DNA of 63,786 bases, the filler included, from Folioceros fuciformis (taxonomy: Eukaryota): NCBI GenBank assembly GCA_049999805.1. It is 6 parts of 6 records of this genome, joined end to end, with 100 filler letters (N's around TTAATTAATTAA, not from the genome) between each part and the next. Parts side by side here need not be neighbours in the genome. Positions count along the whole stretch, not along the records: positions 13,548 to 27,506 come from JBNGIO010004608.1; positions 27,607 to 37,274 come from JBNGIO010004609.1; 4 more parts are not named here. One strand, written 5' to 3'. This document shows positions 23,975-37,200 of this stretch, in pieces; the stretch's first letter is position 1; the number at the start of each line of letters is the position of its first letter. The position numbers and the translations under genes are program-made. The notes beneath the pieces are model-generated. The model did no database searches, had not been told where the DNA came from, and saw nothing but the letters and a program-made list of their open reading frames with translations.

Positions 23975-26900
23975 CTACCGACGAACTGCCCAACAACTCA
24001 TGTCACCAAATGTTCTGATCTGGAACAGGCACGGATTATGGAATGGAGTGGCTGTAGGGCCGTAGTACCTAGACAGACGAGACACAACCAGAAAGTTAGT
24101 ACAGAGGGTGGAACAGAATCTGGAAAACGACGAAATCAAGGAGCTTTTAGATACTCACAAGCTGTCCTAGTGTTCGCCAGCTTTAATCCAGTCCCCAGTC
24201 GCAGTAATGCCTGCACAGTGAAGAGTTCGTAATTAGCCAACACATTTCACAGCATCTTTGAAAAGCGTACGCTGCCGATGTCCGTTGCTGTAAACAAAAT
24301 CAGCTGAGAATCAATCACGAACCTTGGCAGCAGCTAATCTTCGGGCCACTCGCTTTTCTTGATGTTTCGAAACACCACAAGGCACGTCATTGATAACTGC
24401 TCGCGCAATCACCATTCCACTCAGACATACGCAGTCCATATCCAACCTCCAGTTGTGTTCGTGACAGATCTTTTCAAGTTGCCTCACCGGCTGCAAGATG
24501 ACAGTGTCGGGAGTCACCAGAGGCTCAAGGAATGGTCTGAGCACCTGCGCACAATTTTCACAACTCTTCAGGAACACATTGGATAAGGCTGCTTAACTCA
24601 ACTGCAGTGAATGACACAAGACCATTAATGATACACGGGTAGAATATAAAAGAGAGCAGCATAACACAATGCATAGAGGCTCAACGGAACCAGGATGGCA
24701 CCTACTTTCCACACGGTCTCCGCATTGAACCCAGAATCAAGGAATATTGCAGCTGCCATTGTCTGAAAGATATCTCCTACTACCTGCTCAGTATCGTTGG
24801 AGAAGGTGGTCGCACAGCAGACAATACTCGGTTTGATGAGTTTAAAGCCTGCGCTTTGCTCTACGCGAAATACGGAAAGTCGGAAGGTCAGGAATTGAAG
24901 ACAGGGACAAAACTCACCTTCGGTGAAGTCTGGCTTGAGAGACCAAAAGAACTCCATCTGCTAGCTCCGTTCTCCTGGCAAAAGTCTATTACGTATGTCA
25001 GTATCTCATCCTCAAGAACCGGAGATACTTGCTGAAGGTTTACGTGCAAGCCGTTGCGAACCACTACAGAAGCATAGTTTTCACTGTTGACGGTAGCCTG
25101 CTTCAGATCGTTGAGCTTGCCGGGCTCTAAGTCGGGGTGAGCAGACACAAAATGCCGAGTAACAAGGAAGTGAAGCACAGCATCCCCTAAAAATTCCAGT
25201 CTTTGGAACACGAAGACACTTCCAGGTTCCGCAGGCACGTAGTGCAGAGCAGCAGCCAAAAAGTGAAGATTCTGGAACCGATATCCCAGTTTGCTTTGCA
25301 GCTTCTGAACATCTGTCAACTGTGAAAGTAGAATACCACTCATAGTCCCTGAGGAACAGACGTCTAAACCCAGAGTTCTGGCTGGGGGAAAAGAAATGGG
25401 TATCTCCAACCAGGCCATGACGTGCAGAGCAGCCTTGAATCCTCCGTGGAGGAGATATGCTCCTACTAAAGCCTCAACAATATCCGCTAAAGTCTTGTAG
25501 GACAGCCGCTGAGTTGCTGTCAAACATGACTGGACGTCTGAGGCAGATGCATGAAGAGGACCTGGCGGAATCCAACCCCGTGGAGTGAATATATCTGCAA
25601 AAACATATTCTTGCAATTTCCGTCCCAAAGCAAAATGATAAAGTGTCTTGTTCTTGACCAGCTCATACATCTCATCTCCAAGAGTTTCATAATCCATGGC
25701 CATGTCACGTGTGTAGAGATAAGTTGCCCCTGCTATCTTCAAGACACTGTCTCCAAGGAGCTCAAGAGACTCGTAGGATTTACCTCCCTGACACGACTCT
25801 GGTGTCAGCGCCCGTAAGACCTGCAACACCACAACGAGTCGGCAATCAAATCACTGCAAGAGAAATTTCGTCACCCGGAAATTTGCGGCAGGATCAGAGC
25901 CTGCGAACCATCATGCGTCCCCTCTCAAGCATGAGCTAACAGAGCCAGTCCCTTCTTCACCTGAAGCAAAAGGCATCCGATCTGAAGTCAAACGTTTGAG
26001 GAAGATGATAAAATGACGAAGGAGTTCCCCAGTGAAGCAAAAGCATGAGAACCTTGAAGGTAGACATGGATATCCCAATGCGGTCCCGGAGCTCCGCAGC
26101 CAGCAGTGCTTTCTCCAAGCTGTACAGCACAGTTGGCAGGCGCAATGCACCCCTCAGTAGCTTCGCCTTCAATCCTACGTGCAAAACGCAAATCTCTGGA
26201 GGCAACTGCACAATCTCCATCTGCTTGGAGAAATTTCCACCTGCGCACACGAGTGGCAGCACAGCGTCTAAAGTTGTCTCCGTTGAGGCGGTACGCGACG
26301 TGTCCTAAAATGCGCGACCAACTAGGAAACTTTCTTACCAAGTAATAACTCTGCGCATCGACCTTGGCTACGTAAATAGCTGGCCGCGCATGAAAGCTTG
26401 CGGCAGCTGAGCAGAGGCTGCTCCTTACGCCTCAACTTGAAGTGATACCTGAAGTGCGGAACAGGCATTCAAACCCGCAAAAAAGCTCAAGGCACAAAAT
26501 CCAAGAGATGGGAGATGCTATCCGACATCACCTGCAATGCCAGAGGAGAGCAAGCAGAGGCGCACGGACCTGTGACGGTAATGCTCAGCAACGGTTACAC
26601 AAGCTGAGCAAGTTTTCTGTGGCACACTACTCCCCCCGTTGGAGTCGGAAATGTCGACAACGTAAAACACCATCCCGTTGAGCGCACAGGTGACCATGGC
26701 ATCATACAGAAGGTCCTTGTCCGCATCTCCACTCCACATTCGCACTTGTCCCTCCACTGGCAAATCGGAGTCCCCTTGCATACAATCAATCTCGCAGGAG
26801 TGGTGCACGCCGCCGGCGGCGTGCTGCGCTTTCCTGCTGCAATCCAGACCCGAGGAGAGGGCGCAATCCACTGTAGACCAGTCAATTCCGCCCTCCGCCT

Positions 26901-27506
26901 CGGTACTCAAGGGCAGTACGTAATAGCCTTTGGGCCCGTCCTCAGGGTCGCCCGCCGCGGACTGCCGACCAAGGATGACATTGAAGAGCCACAGATTGAA
27001 ATGCTTGGTCCGCTTCTCCTGCTCCCGAGGAAGCAGGAGGCAGGAGGCAAGGAGGTGGAGATCAGATCCAAATTTCCACACCGGAGGAAGCAGGATCTCA
27101 AACAGGCATGGGAAAACACACACAAAATTATCATTCAAGCAAGCGCAAACAAACACACAAATTTGAGCGAGCGGGAGCCGGCAATTCCCACCTGGTCATC
27201 GGACAGAGCCAAAACTGCACGGAATTGCACACGGGCCTCCGCGGAAGCGCCGAGCGGCAGGTGGAGCTGCAGCACCATGTTGCTCGCCTCCTGGTCCAAG
27301 GCCACGGGCACGAGCAGGAGAAAATCCGCAGCCTGGCGCTGCTGCAGCGGATCCCCGCCCGCCTCCAGGAGCGTGAACTTGACAGAATAGGCATGGAATT
27401 GGCGTTGGTGGGCGGGAGCGCCAGCGTCAGAGCGCCGGGCGAGCGCAGCGGCGGGCGGGAGCAGCGCAGCGGGGAAGCGGCGGGCGTAGGTAGCGGTGGC
27501 AGAATC
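23975..27506 (-). CDS. Dicer-like RNase III protein (platform-PAZ-RNase IIIa-RNase IIIb-dsRBD). Exons: from at least 27506 to 27192, 27018-26570, 26448-26339, 26240-26053, 25820-24918, 24783-24706, 24544-24323, 24210-24159; last exon uncertain (stop at 24003 or 23975). The 5' end runs into a linker.
   Basis: Platform-like FHAYSVKF...DFLLLVPVALDQE and IDWSTV; PAZ-like YHFKLRRKEQPLL; connector LPPEIC...LPTVLYSLE. RNase IIIa YESLELLGDSVLK / KTLADIVEALVGAY; RNase IIIb FQRLEFLGDAVL / PKVVGDIFQTMAAAIFLDSG; dsRBD PVRQLEKIC...KRVARRLAA. Confidence 0.92.
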
Positions 27507-28329
27507 NNNNNNNNNNNNNNNNNNNNNNNNNNNNNNNNNNNNNNNNNNNNTTAATTAATTAANNNNNNNNNNNNNNNNNNNNNNNNNNNNNNNNNNNNNN
27601 NNNNNNGCTGATGGGTCCCCTAAATCTGCGGCGCTGACTGCGGCAACAGATATCGCCGCCGGTTCGCACGCGCAACGGAATCCGTTTCAGTTTTTGCGCC
27701 GAGCCGATTCTCGGGCCCCCTTCATTGTTCCTCGTTTCGTACGTAGGAAACGCCCACCGGTGGCTCGGGTGGAGTCGGGGGTGTGGGCCTTGTTGGGGAT
27801 TTGAGGCAGCGGTGGTGGTGGGGCTTTGTTTGCTGCTGTGACCTTGTCTGGAGCCGGAGATTGGCAATGGGCCACACATGTACAGTAAGTATGTAGTTCC
27901 CGCCGGGTTACATCGTCTGTGGGCCTGCGTGAGGACAAGCGAACCACATGGCTGTGCGTTCCCCGGGACATGGGCTTCATCTCCCGCTTATCCGGCCGGA
28001 ACATTGCCATGTGCTTAGCGCTCCAATAAGCAAACGGTCTTTCATGCACATGCACTCCGGGGCCACGGCTCGCTCTCCGATCCCGGATCACGCTTCGTCG
28101 CTCCTTCCTCTCTACTCGATATTCGCACATCATTCATCACCACCACAAGCCCCACAACCCCACAACTTACAACTCCATATGCCATCGCACATTCCCTATA
28201 ACCGCCACCACAAACCTGCCCTAACGTGTTCTGATCCACATCCCACAACTTACGTCACTACTTTCACCGCATGCCACAACCCACAACAACCCGGGCTGGG
28301 TTGCACAACATCTTAACTCGAGTCTTTCT

Positions 28330-29790
28330 ACACTTGGAGGTCTTGAGCCTGTACTGTACAAGGAAGATGAAACCCATGAAAACCCATATTGCATAATAAC
28401 TCACTTCTCACAATTTGCAACTCACACGTTTAGACTAGTATACCTCTCATCTCCAAACGAAGCATAAACCCACACCGCACAGCTGATAACTTACAAAATC
28501 GCACAACCCACATCACTCAACTTATAACCTACAATCCACAAAAACCCACATTGCACAACTTACTTTTTTCATTCATACCCATAAAATTGTATAACGTCAT
28601 GAACCCATAATTGCCACCCACAATATCCTATAGCGTTATGAACTTACATCTAAGCCACGATATACCACAGTCTACAAATTCATGAGCCAAAGCGCACAAA
28701 TCTCAACATCTTCATCATGACCAGAAAAGAGCTTAAACCCACCAAATACCCACATTACATAACTTACTTAAACCCACCAAATACCCACATTACATAACTT
28801 AAAACTCACAAATATACTTTCACATGTTGTTGTCGCTCCAAAAGCCACAAAAAGCCCAAATTGCACAACTTACAACTCACACACAATCAAGTACTTTTAC
28901 ATGTCTTCTTCACTTGAAAGCCACATTGCATAACTTACAACTCACGCATGTACTTTTGCACATCTTCATCGCGCAAAAGACACNNNNNNNNNNNNNNNNN
29001 NNNNNNNNNNNNNNNNNNNNNNNNNNNNNNNNNNNNNNNNNNNNNNNNNNNNNNNNNNNNNNNNNNNNNNNNNNNNNNNNNNNTCTTTGTTGCCTCAATG
29101 CCACAAATTTCAAACATCCTCATTGCCTCAAAGCTACAAGTTTCACACATCTTTGTGGCCCATTTACACACTTTCATGGCCCTTGAAGCCACAAGTTTCA
29201 CACAGCTTTGTTGCCTCAAAGCCACAAATTTTACACATCCTCATGGCCCCTTTACACACTTTCATGGCCCAAAAGCTACATCATACAACACACAATTCAC
29301 ACCTCTTTATTTATACATGTCCATCACTTGAGGCCAAATGCACATGTTCGGCCTAAAAGCTACAACCTTAAAGGCACAATAACCTATGTGGCACAAAACA
29401 CAACTTAGACCCCTTTATGCATACATGTTAATCACTAGAAGCTAAATGCACATCTTCACAACTCGAAAGCTATAACTCAAAATTCACAATAATCCACATC
29501 TTCTGCCTTTACACATACATGTCCATCATTCAAAGCCTAAATCCATAGAAAGTAAGTGTGATGATAAATTAATTGGCTCGAGAGCCACAATCCAAAATCC
29601 ACCATAACCCACATTGCACAACTCAATCCAAAATCCACCATAACCCACATTACACAACTCAATTCAAAAGCGACCATAACCCACATTGAGCAACTCATAT
29701 CTCACACCTCTTCACATACATGTTAATTAGTGAAAGCTAAAAATCTCATGCCTCTACATATACATATTAATCATTGAAAGCCAAAACCCA
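28330..29790. repeat. Degenerate A/C-rich tandem repeats (acccacattgcacaactta-like; cctcaaagccacaaatttcaca-like)
   Basis: Numerous imperfect 30-80-nt duplications, for example at 28733-28801, 29084-29280 and 29587-29696. Confidence 0.7.
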
Positions 29791-30149
29791 TAAAATTGAG
29801 TGTGATGGTACATTGATTTCACAAGAAAGTTATCACTTCTTCAATGTTATAGTGTTGAAACACAACAGACATACGTTGAGATGCAAGTCTAGATGATTAT
29901 TTTTATATTTTTTTGATACCATGAAGATTGCATTAAAGTAAGAGAATAGAAAACTCATGTACCTTAGGCCCAGAAGAAAGAACAATCTAAGTGCATATGT
30001 TTATTTCGTGTTATTATAACGATGTGACGATTGTATAAAAAGGAAAAGATTATTTTGTACTTTTATAGGAATGTGAAGATTGTATTCAAAGGAAGAGAAT
30101 CAACAACTCATATACCTTGCATTGAGGAAGAAAAAAAACCACCAAAGGA

Positions 30150-33100
30150 CATAAACAAACAGGCTAAGCCCCCCTTAGCTCCCCCACCTTAGCTCCCATA
30201 TATACAACTTACCAAAGGAAAAGTCTGCACACTCATTTAGGGATGTGAACAAAAGAGTTTGGGGGCAAGAATGAAACACCAGGTAGTGCACAAGGACGAA
30301 AGGGCTAGCTCCCATGGATATGACCCACTAAAGGACATGAACTAAGGGTTAGATCCTATGAAACCAACCCATTAAAGGACACGAACCAAGTGCTAGGCCC
30401 CATGAATGCAACCCGTCAAAGGACAACAACAAAAAGAGCAAATCCTTCACGTAAACAACTTATCGAAGGACCAGAACCAAGAGGCTAGTCCCCACACAAA
30501 GGAGGGTTTGGTGAGAGGGTTCGGTGGGCAAGAACCAAAGGGTAACTGCTGAGCATACCACCAAGTAGAGGACAAGAATCAAGGGGCTAGCCCAATNNNN
30601 NNNNNNTGAGCATACCACCAAGTAGAGGACAAGAATCAAGGGGCTAGCCCAATGAAAACAACCCATCAAAGGACAAGAACCAAGTGCTAGGCCCCATGAA
30701 TACAACCCATAAAAAGACAACAACAAAAGAGCAAAGCCTTCATGCAAACAACTTACCAAATGACCAGAACCAAGGGGCTAGTTCCCACACAAAGGAGGGT
30801 TTGGTGGGCAAGAACGAAAGGACTAGCTCCCATCAATACAGTGCACTGAAGGATAAGAACCAAGGGGTAGTTCCTGCACTAAGGAGGGTTTGGTTGGGCA
30901 AGAACAAAAGGATTAGCTCCCATCAATATAATGCACTAAAGGACAAGGACCAAAGAGTAGTTCCTGCACTAAGGAGGGTTTGATGGGCAAGAACAAAAGA
31001 ACTAGCTCCTATTAACACAACATACTAAAGGACAAAACCAAGGGGCTAGGCCCTATAAAAACAATCTACTTAAGGACAAGAACCAAGGGTTAGGCCCCAT
31101 GAATACAACCCATTTAAAGGACAACAACAAAACGAGCAAAGCCTTCGCGCAAACAGCTTACCAAAGGAGAAGAACCAAGGGGCTCGTCCCCACACTAGGG
31201 AGGGTTTGGAGTGCAAGGACGAAAGAGCTAGCTCACCATGGAAACAACCCACTGAAGGATAAGAATCAAGGGGCTAGGCCATATGAAATCAATCCACTTA
31301 AGGTCAAGAACCAAGGGCTAGGCCCCATGAATACAACCCATCAGAAGACAACAACAAAAGGGCAAAGCTTTCACGCAAACAACTTACCAAAAGGCAAGAA
31401 CCAAGGAGTTACTGCCACACAAACAGGGGTTTGGTGGACAACAACCAAAGGGTAGTGCGCAAGGATGAAAGGGATAGCTCCTCATGGACACAGCCCACCA
31501 AAGGACAAGAACCAAGCGAAGCACAAGGCTCTATGAAAACCCCACCAATGTACAAGGACTATGGGCTAGGCCCCATGAATATAGATCATCCAAAAACAAC
31601 AAGAAAAGACCAAAGCCTTCACGCAAACAACTAACCAAAGAAGGAGAACCAAGGGGCTTGTCCCCACACCAAGGAGGGTTTGGAGTGCAAGAATGGAAAG
31701 GCTAGCTCACCATGGATACAACCCACTGAAGGACAAGAACCGAGGGTTGTACTAGGCCCTATGAAATCAACCCACCAAAGGACAAGAACCAAGGGCTAGC
31801 CCCCAATCCATCAAAAAACAAGAACAAAGGGCAAAGCTCCCACACAAACAACTTACCCAAGGGCGAGACAAGTGGCTAGTCCCCACATCAAGAAGTAACT
31901 CACCAACATGAAAGAACGAAAGGGTTTGGTGGGTAAGAATGAAAGGGCACTACGCAAGGACAAAAGGGCTAGCTCTCATACATATGGCCCACAAAAGGGC
32001 TAGCTCTCATACATATGGCCCACTAAACGATAAGACTCTAGGGGCTAGGCCTTATGAAAACAACCCAGCCAAAGACAAGATTCAAGGGGGAGGGGGTAGG
32101 CTCTATAAATGCAACCCATCAAAGGACAGAAACAAAAGGCAAAGCCCCCCACGTAAACAAAGGACACAAACAAAAGGCAAAGCCCCCCACGCAAACAAAG
32201 GACAGAAACAACAGGCAAAGCCCCCCACGCAAACAACTTACCAAATGACGAGAACCAAGGGGCTACGTTCCACATCAAGGGTTAACTCACCAACACATAA
32301 GAATGAAAGGGTTTGGTGATCAAGAACGAAAGGGCAATGCGCTAGCTCCCATACATATGGCCCACTAAAGGACAATAACCCAGAGGCTAGGCCCTATGAA
32401 AACAACCTATCAAAAGATAAGAACCAAGGGGGAAGGCCCTATGAATACAACCCATCAAAGGATGAAAACAAAAGGGCAAAGATTCCCACGCAAACAACTT
32501 ACCAAAGGACAAGAACCAAGGGGCCAAGTCTCACATCAACGGTAACTCACCAACGCATATGAATGAAGGGTTTGGTGGGCAAGAACAAAAGGGTAGTACG
32601 TAAAGACAAAAGGGTTAGCTCCCATACATATGGCCCACTAAAGGACAAGAACCCAAGGACTAGGCCCTATGAAAACAACCCATCAAAAGACCAAGGGGGA
32701 AGGCCCTATGAATGCAACCCATCAAAGAACAAAAACAAAAAGCGAAGCCCCCATGTAAACAAAATACCAAAGATGTAAACAAAGGGGCTAGGTCCTCACA
32801 AACAATGTACCAAAGGATGTAAACAAAAGGGCTAGGTCTTCATAAAAAATTTACCAAAGGATGTAAACCAAGGGGCTAGGCCCCACAAACAATTTACCAA
32901 AGGATGTAAACCAAGGCGCTAGGTGTCCACAAACAACTTATCAAAGGACGTAAACCAAGGGGCTAGATCCCCACATCAAGGGATAACTCACCGTTAAGTA
33001 AGAATGAATGAAAGGGTTTAGTGGGCAAGAATGAAAGGGTTTAGTAGGCAAGAATGAAAGGGCAATGCGCAACGACAAAAGGGCTAGCTCTTATGCATAT

Positions 33101-34100
33101 GGCCCACTGAATGATAAGATTCCACGGGCTAGGCCCTATGAATACAACTCATCAAAGGATAAGAACCAAGGGGCTAGGCCGTATGAATGCAACCCATTAA
33201 AGGAAAGCCCCCCACGCATACACCGTACCAAAGCGCAAGAAAGAAAGGGCATTGTATAAGGACAGAAGGGCTAGTTCCCATGCATATGGCCCACTAAAGG
33301 ACAAGAACCCGAGGGTAGGCCCTATGAAAACAGCCCATCAAAGGATAAGAACCAAGGGGCTAGTCCCCACACTGAGGACAGTTTGGTGGGCAAGGATGAA
33401 AGAGCAATGCTTAAGGACTGAAAGGGCTAGCTCACTTGGATACAAGCCACTGAAGGACAAGATACAACTGGGCCAGGCCTACGAAAGCAACCCACCAAAG
33501 GATAAGAACCAAGGGCTAGGCCCACCAAAGGATAAGAACCAAGGGCTAGGCCTTATTATTACAACTCATCGAAGGACAAAAGCCAAGAAGAACTAGGCCC
33601 CATGAATACAACCCACCAAAGGACAAGAATGCAAGGGTTTGGTGGGCAAGAAGGAAAGGACTAGCCCCTACGGATACAACCCATTAAAGGATAAGAACCA
33701 AGAGGCTAGACCAATACAATTCACCAAAGGACAACAGCTAAGAGGCCTAGCCCCCATGGATGCGTGTAATATGAAACTACGTAGCACTGACACCTGACAC
33801 AAGGAGCAACAACCTACAAAAGGATAACAACAAAGAGGCTAGCCCATGCAACCCATCAAAGGACAAGAACTAAAAAAAGCCTAGCATACATGGATGTGTG
33901 TAATACAAAACTACTTGCTACCTGACTACTTGCTACCCGACACCTGACATTGAGGAGGAACATTGTAGCAAAGGGCAATACTTGCCACCTAACACTTGAC
34001 CTCGAGGGCTAGAACGAAAGGGTTTGGTAGGCTAGAAACGAAAGGGCTAGCCCCACGGATGCAACCCACCAAAGGACAATAACCAATGGGCTAGCATGCA
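30150..34100. repeat. ~4-kb diverged satellite built from ~44-45-bp units (aaggacaagaaccaaggggctaggccctatgaatacaacccatca) with higher-order variants
   Basis: Dozens of copies of caagaaccaaggggctag and agggtttggtgggcaagaa; a homogeneous 43-44-bp sub-array at ~32770-32970. Confidence 0.9.
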
Positions 34101-34156
34101 TGAATGCTTGTAATGTCGTGATCATTCAAAGTTGAGGAAAGACTTACCTACAACTA

Positions 34157-34283
34157 TGTACAACTAATACGGATGATGCTTGTGTCACATGCTTACTCCA
34201 CAACTACAACTTATACGGAATATGCTTGTGTCACATGCTCACCCTTCAACTACAACTAATACGGATGATGCTCGTGTCACATG
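34157..34283. repeat. Three copies of a ~45-bp unit (tacaactaatacggatgatgcttgtgtcacatg...)
   Basis: Direct repeats visible in the sequence. Confidence 0.8.
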
Positions 34284-37200
34284 GTCACTGCCATCGCATA
34301 AGTTGCAGTGCCCAGCTAACACCAATAACTCCAATGCCTTGTCTTCCACGCTTACTTACTGTGGTCCGTGAATGGGAGCAGCTAGTGGATATTGATGTGT
34401 GGCCCGGAAATGGCAGCCTGACTAGTTGATGTCAATGAGTCCTTGTCTTTCACGTCTTAAACTCTTTTGGAAAGCCTACCATGAAACCAATTCCCTTGGC
34501 CAACACTCCTTGCCGGACGATGGAAGGCCACGGCCTTGAAACCAACCCCTTGGCCAGTACTCTTGGGAGGACGATGGAAACCCCTGTGGAACCAAGACCA
34601 AGATGACTCAAGAAGGAAGGAGAGCCACTTCGTTTAAATTTTACATTTATATTTAAAGTATATTTAACAGAGGCCTTGAAGAGTTACAGTTCCGTCCGGC
34701 CCGTTCCGTTTGGGAGGTAAGTTACGTTTGTATGGACATACAGTAGATAGGCGTGGTGATTTGCCGGCCACGCACACTGAGGGGTGAGAGAGAGTGAGAC
34801 AGTGACAGAGTGACTGATGAGGAGCGTAATGTGGGTGTACGGACGGCGTGTCAAGTTGCGGAGAGCCACGTGAGGGGAGAAGAGATGCCGGGGTTGCTGC
34901 CAATCATGGAGCGGGAGGGTGTCGTATTGGCCGCGCTCCGCCTGCATTGCTCGTTCGCGGCGCTGTTCCCAAGGCCGGCCCTGCCCGGCCCGGCCCGGCA
35001 TTGGCATTGGCCATTGGCTCATGATGATGACCATGGCGTTGGCCGTGGCCTTGGCCTTGGCGTTGGCCCTGGCCATGGCATGGTTCCTCGCCTCGCTGCG
35101 CGAGAGTGTTTCGGAGGTGGATTCACACGGCAGCTCGCTAAACGACACGGCACGTGGCATCACTTGTCGCTATCCATGGCTCAGAGGCAGCGGCACAGCC
35201 ACTCTCATCTCCTCGGAACGGGAAAAGGCCAAGGCCGTGGCCTTTCCGCCATCACCGTCGTCTTCGTCTTCGTGGGCGCTAGGGTTTGGGTTTTGTTTGT
35301 GGGCGGTATGGGGTGATGTGGTGTGGGAGGCAGAGTAACGGGGTGGTGGGCGATAGCGCCGTCCCAGATTCGTCCCAGGTTCCAGCCCTCCAGCTTCACA
35401 TCATGTACATGGCCCAGCCAATGCGGCGTTGCCAGGCAACCCACCTCTGTGTTTGGACGTTTCCGGGTACGAGGCCGGCAGGTGGTGATCCTCTCGCCGA
35501 GGGCCAGAGGGCGCGTTGCAGCGCAGACAGTGAAGTGGATGGGATTGGTGTTGAAGAGAGTTGCAACAGGAGCTCAGTGTGGAGGGGAAGGAAGGAGGGA
35601 GGGAGCAGTGCAGTGCAGTGGAGTGCGGCAGGTCGGCATCTGTAATAGCATGTGCTCATGTATGCACCGCACTCTGCACAGTGTGTACTAGTGTACAAGG
35701 GGGGGAGGAGGGCCTACCAGCTGTGTGTACCGGCTACCAGCCTTACATTGCGGCAACACGAGCATTGCATGACAGTACCAGGACCTGAGGACCTGAGGAC
35801 CTGAGGACCAGGCCCAGGTCCAGGTCCAGCAGCAGCCTCGCTTCCTTTGCTTTGCCTCGCCTCCTTTGCTTTGCCTCGCCTCGTCCCGCCCCGGCTGCTG
35901 CCACTGATGCTGCGTCTTGGCGATTGTGGGCGCCCACAATCCCGCTTGCAGGAACCTGTGAGAATCACGGTGCAGTTCAACGAGTCCGACCTCAGGCGCC
36001 CACCGCCAGGCCTTCGAAGCTAAGCTATGTCCCCATCCCATTTGACATTCCGCTTACACCCAAATCCCGTCATCCGAATAGTATCGCCACAGTCAATGTG
36101 CGATGAAGGCGCCCGCACATTTGTTTTGTATATTTTTCGTGAAGCCAAGCGCCGAAATTCTCCTCTTACAATTTGATGCTGTTACAGCTCATGCCCTCTT
36201 GGCGACTTGTACCAACCATCTCCTTTTTTTCAAAATTTCACTGCTCGGAGGAGGAGCAGCAGCTCGAGGGACGAAGCTGGCAATTCAGACAAGAGCCGCC
36301 CAAGACAAAATCCAGATTGGGTCTTGCTGGAAACTGCCAAACCGCACCCCACTTGCACACTCCCTTGTTGCCTAGTTCCCTTTTTATCCATTCCATTCCC
36401 TTCATCAACACCTCTCATGTATTTCCTCCCCGAGTCTCCTACAATTCAGCATCCTATCAAATCCCACGACACCAGCATATTCGTGCCCCCGTTGCAACGT
36501 CACAGCTCTCCCAATCACATGATCCCTCCCACATACTCCCAATCCCTTCCCTTCCCTGCCTTGTTACATTGCCCGTTTCAATACAACCCATGAAAGCACA
36601 CCACTCCAAAACAACAGCCCACAAAAGCAACAAAAGCTCATAAGCAAAGGCAAAAGGCCTTAGGGTTTAGGGACTAAACATCGCAGCCCACATTGTGACA
36701 TCGGTGAAATGGTAATTGATCTGCCTGCTTTCTTCTCCCACAAAAGGAATCATACACATATGTGTGCGAATTTCGTACGCTGCAACTTCCAAGGCAACAT
36801 AAAAATAGAGCGCACAGCGGAGCAAGGTACCTACACGAATCCAAAGGGCAAGTGGGACCCCAAAACGGGCCGCTTTGGGATATTTGAGGCAACAGGAGCA
36901 GCAGCAGCAGCAGGCCACACAGGCCCAGCCCGAAACGGGCTTTCGCCGCCCCAGCGGTATCGCCACAGCGACTGCCAGTCTGGGTGCCGCCTGCCCCGTC
37001 TATAATTACCTAAACTGAAATCAATAAATATAGCATCATTTGACCGCGGAGGCAGTCCAAATCGAGAATCAACAAAAATAAAAATTTATTTTCACGCACA
37101 TCGAAAGGCCATGCGCGGTCGCGGCAGGGGCAGGAGCAGGGCGGGAAAATATCTGTTAACTCTCTCACGTGCACTGGGGCCCGCAGACATCCAGGCCGCC

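Noticed and set aside
30460-33596. Many 60-130-aa ORFs in the satellite
   Set aside because: By-products of low-complexity tandem repeats with no domain motifs.
35274-35360. GGCGCTA...GATAGCGCC resembling miR390 or a TAS3 site
   Set aside because: Only 7-9 nt match the miR390 3' end; there is no extended hairpin or seed match.
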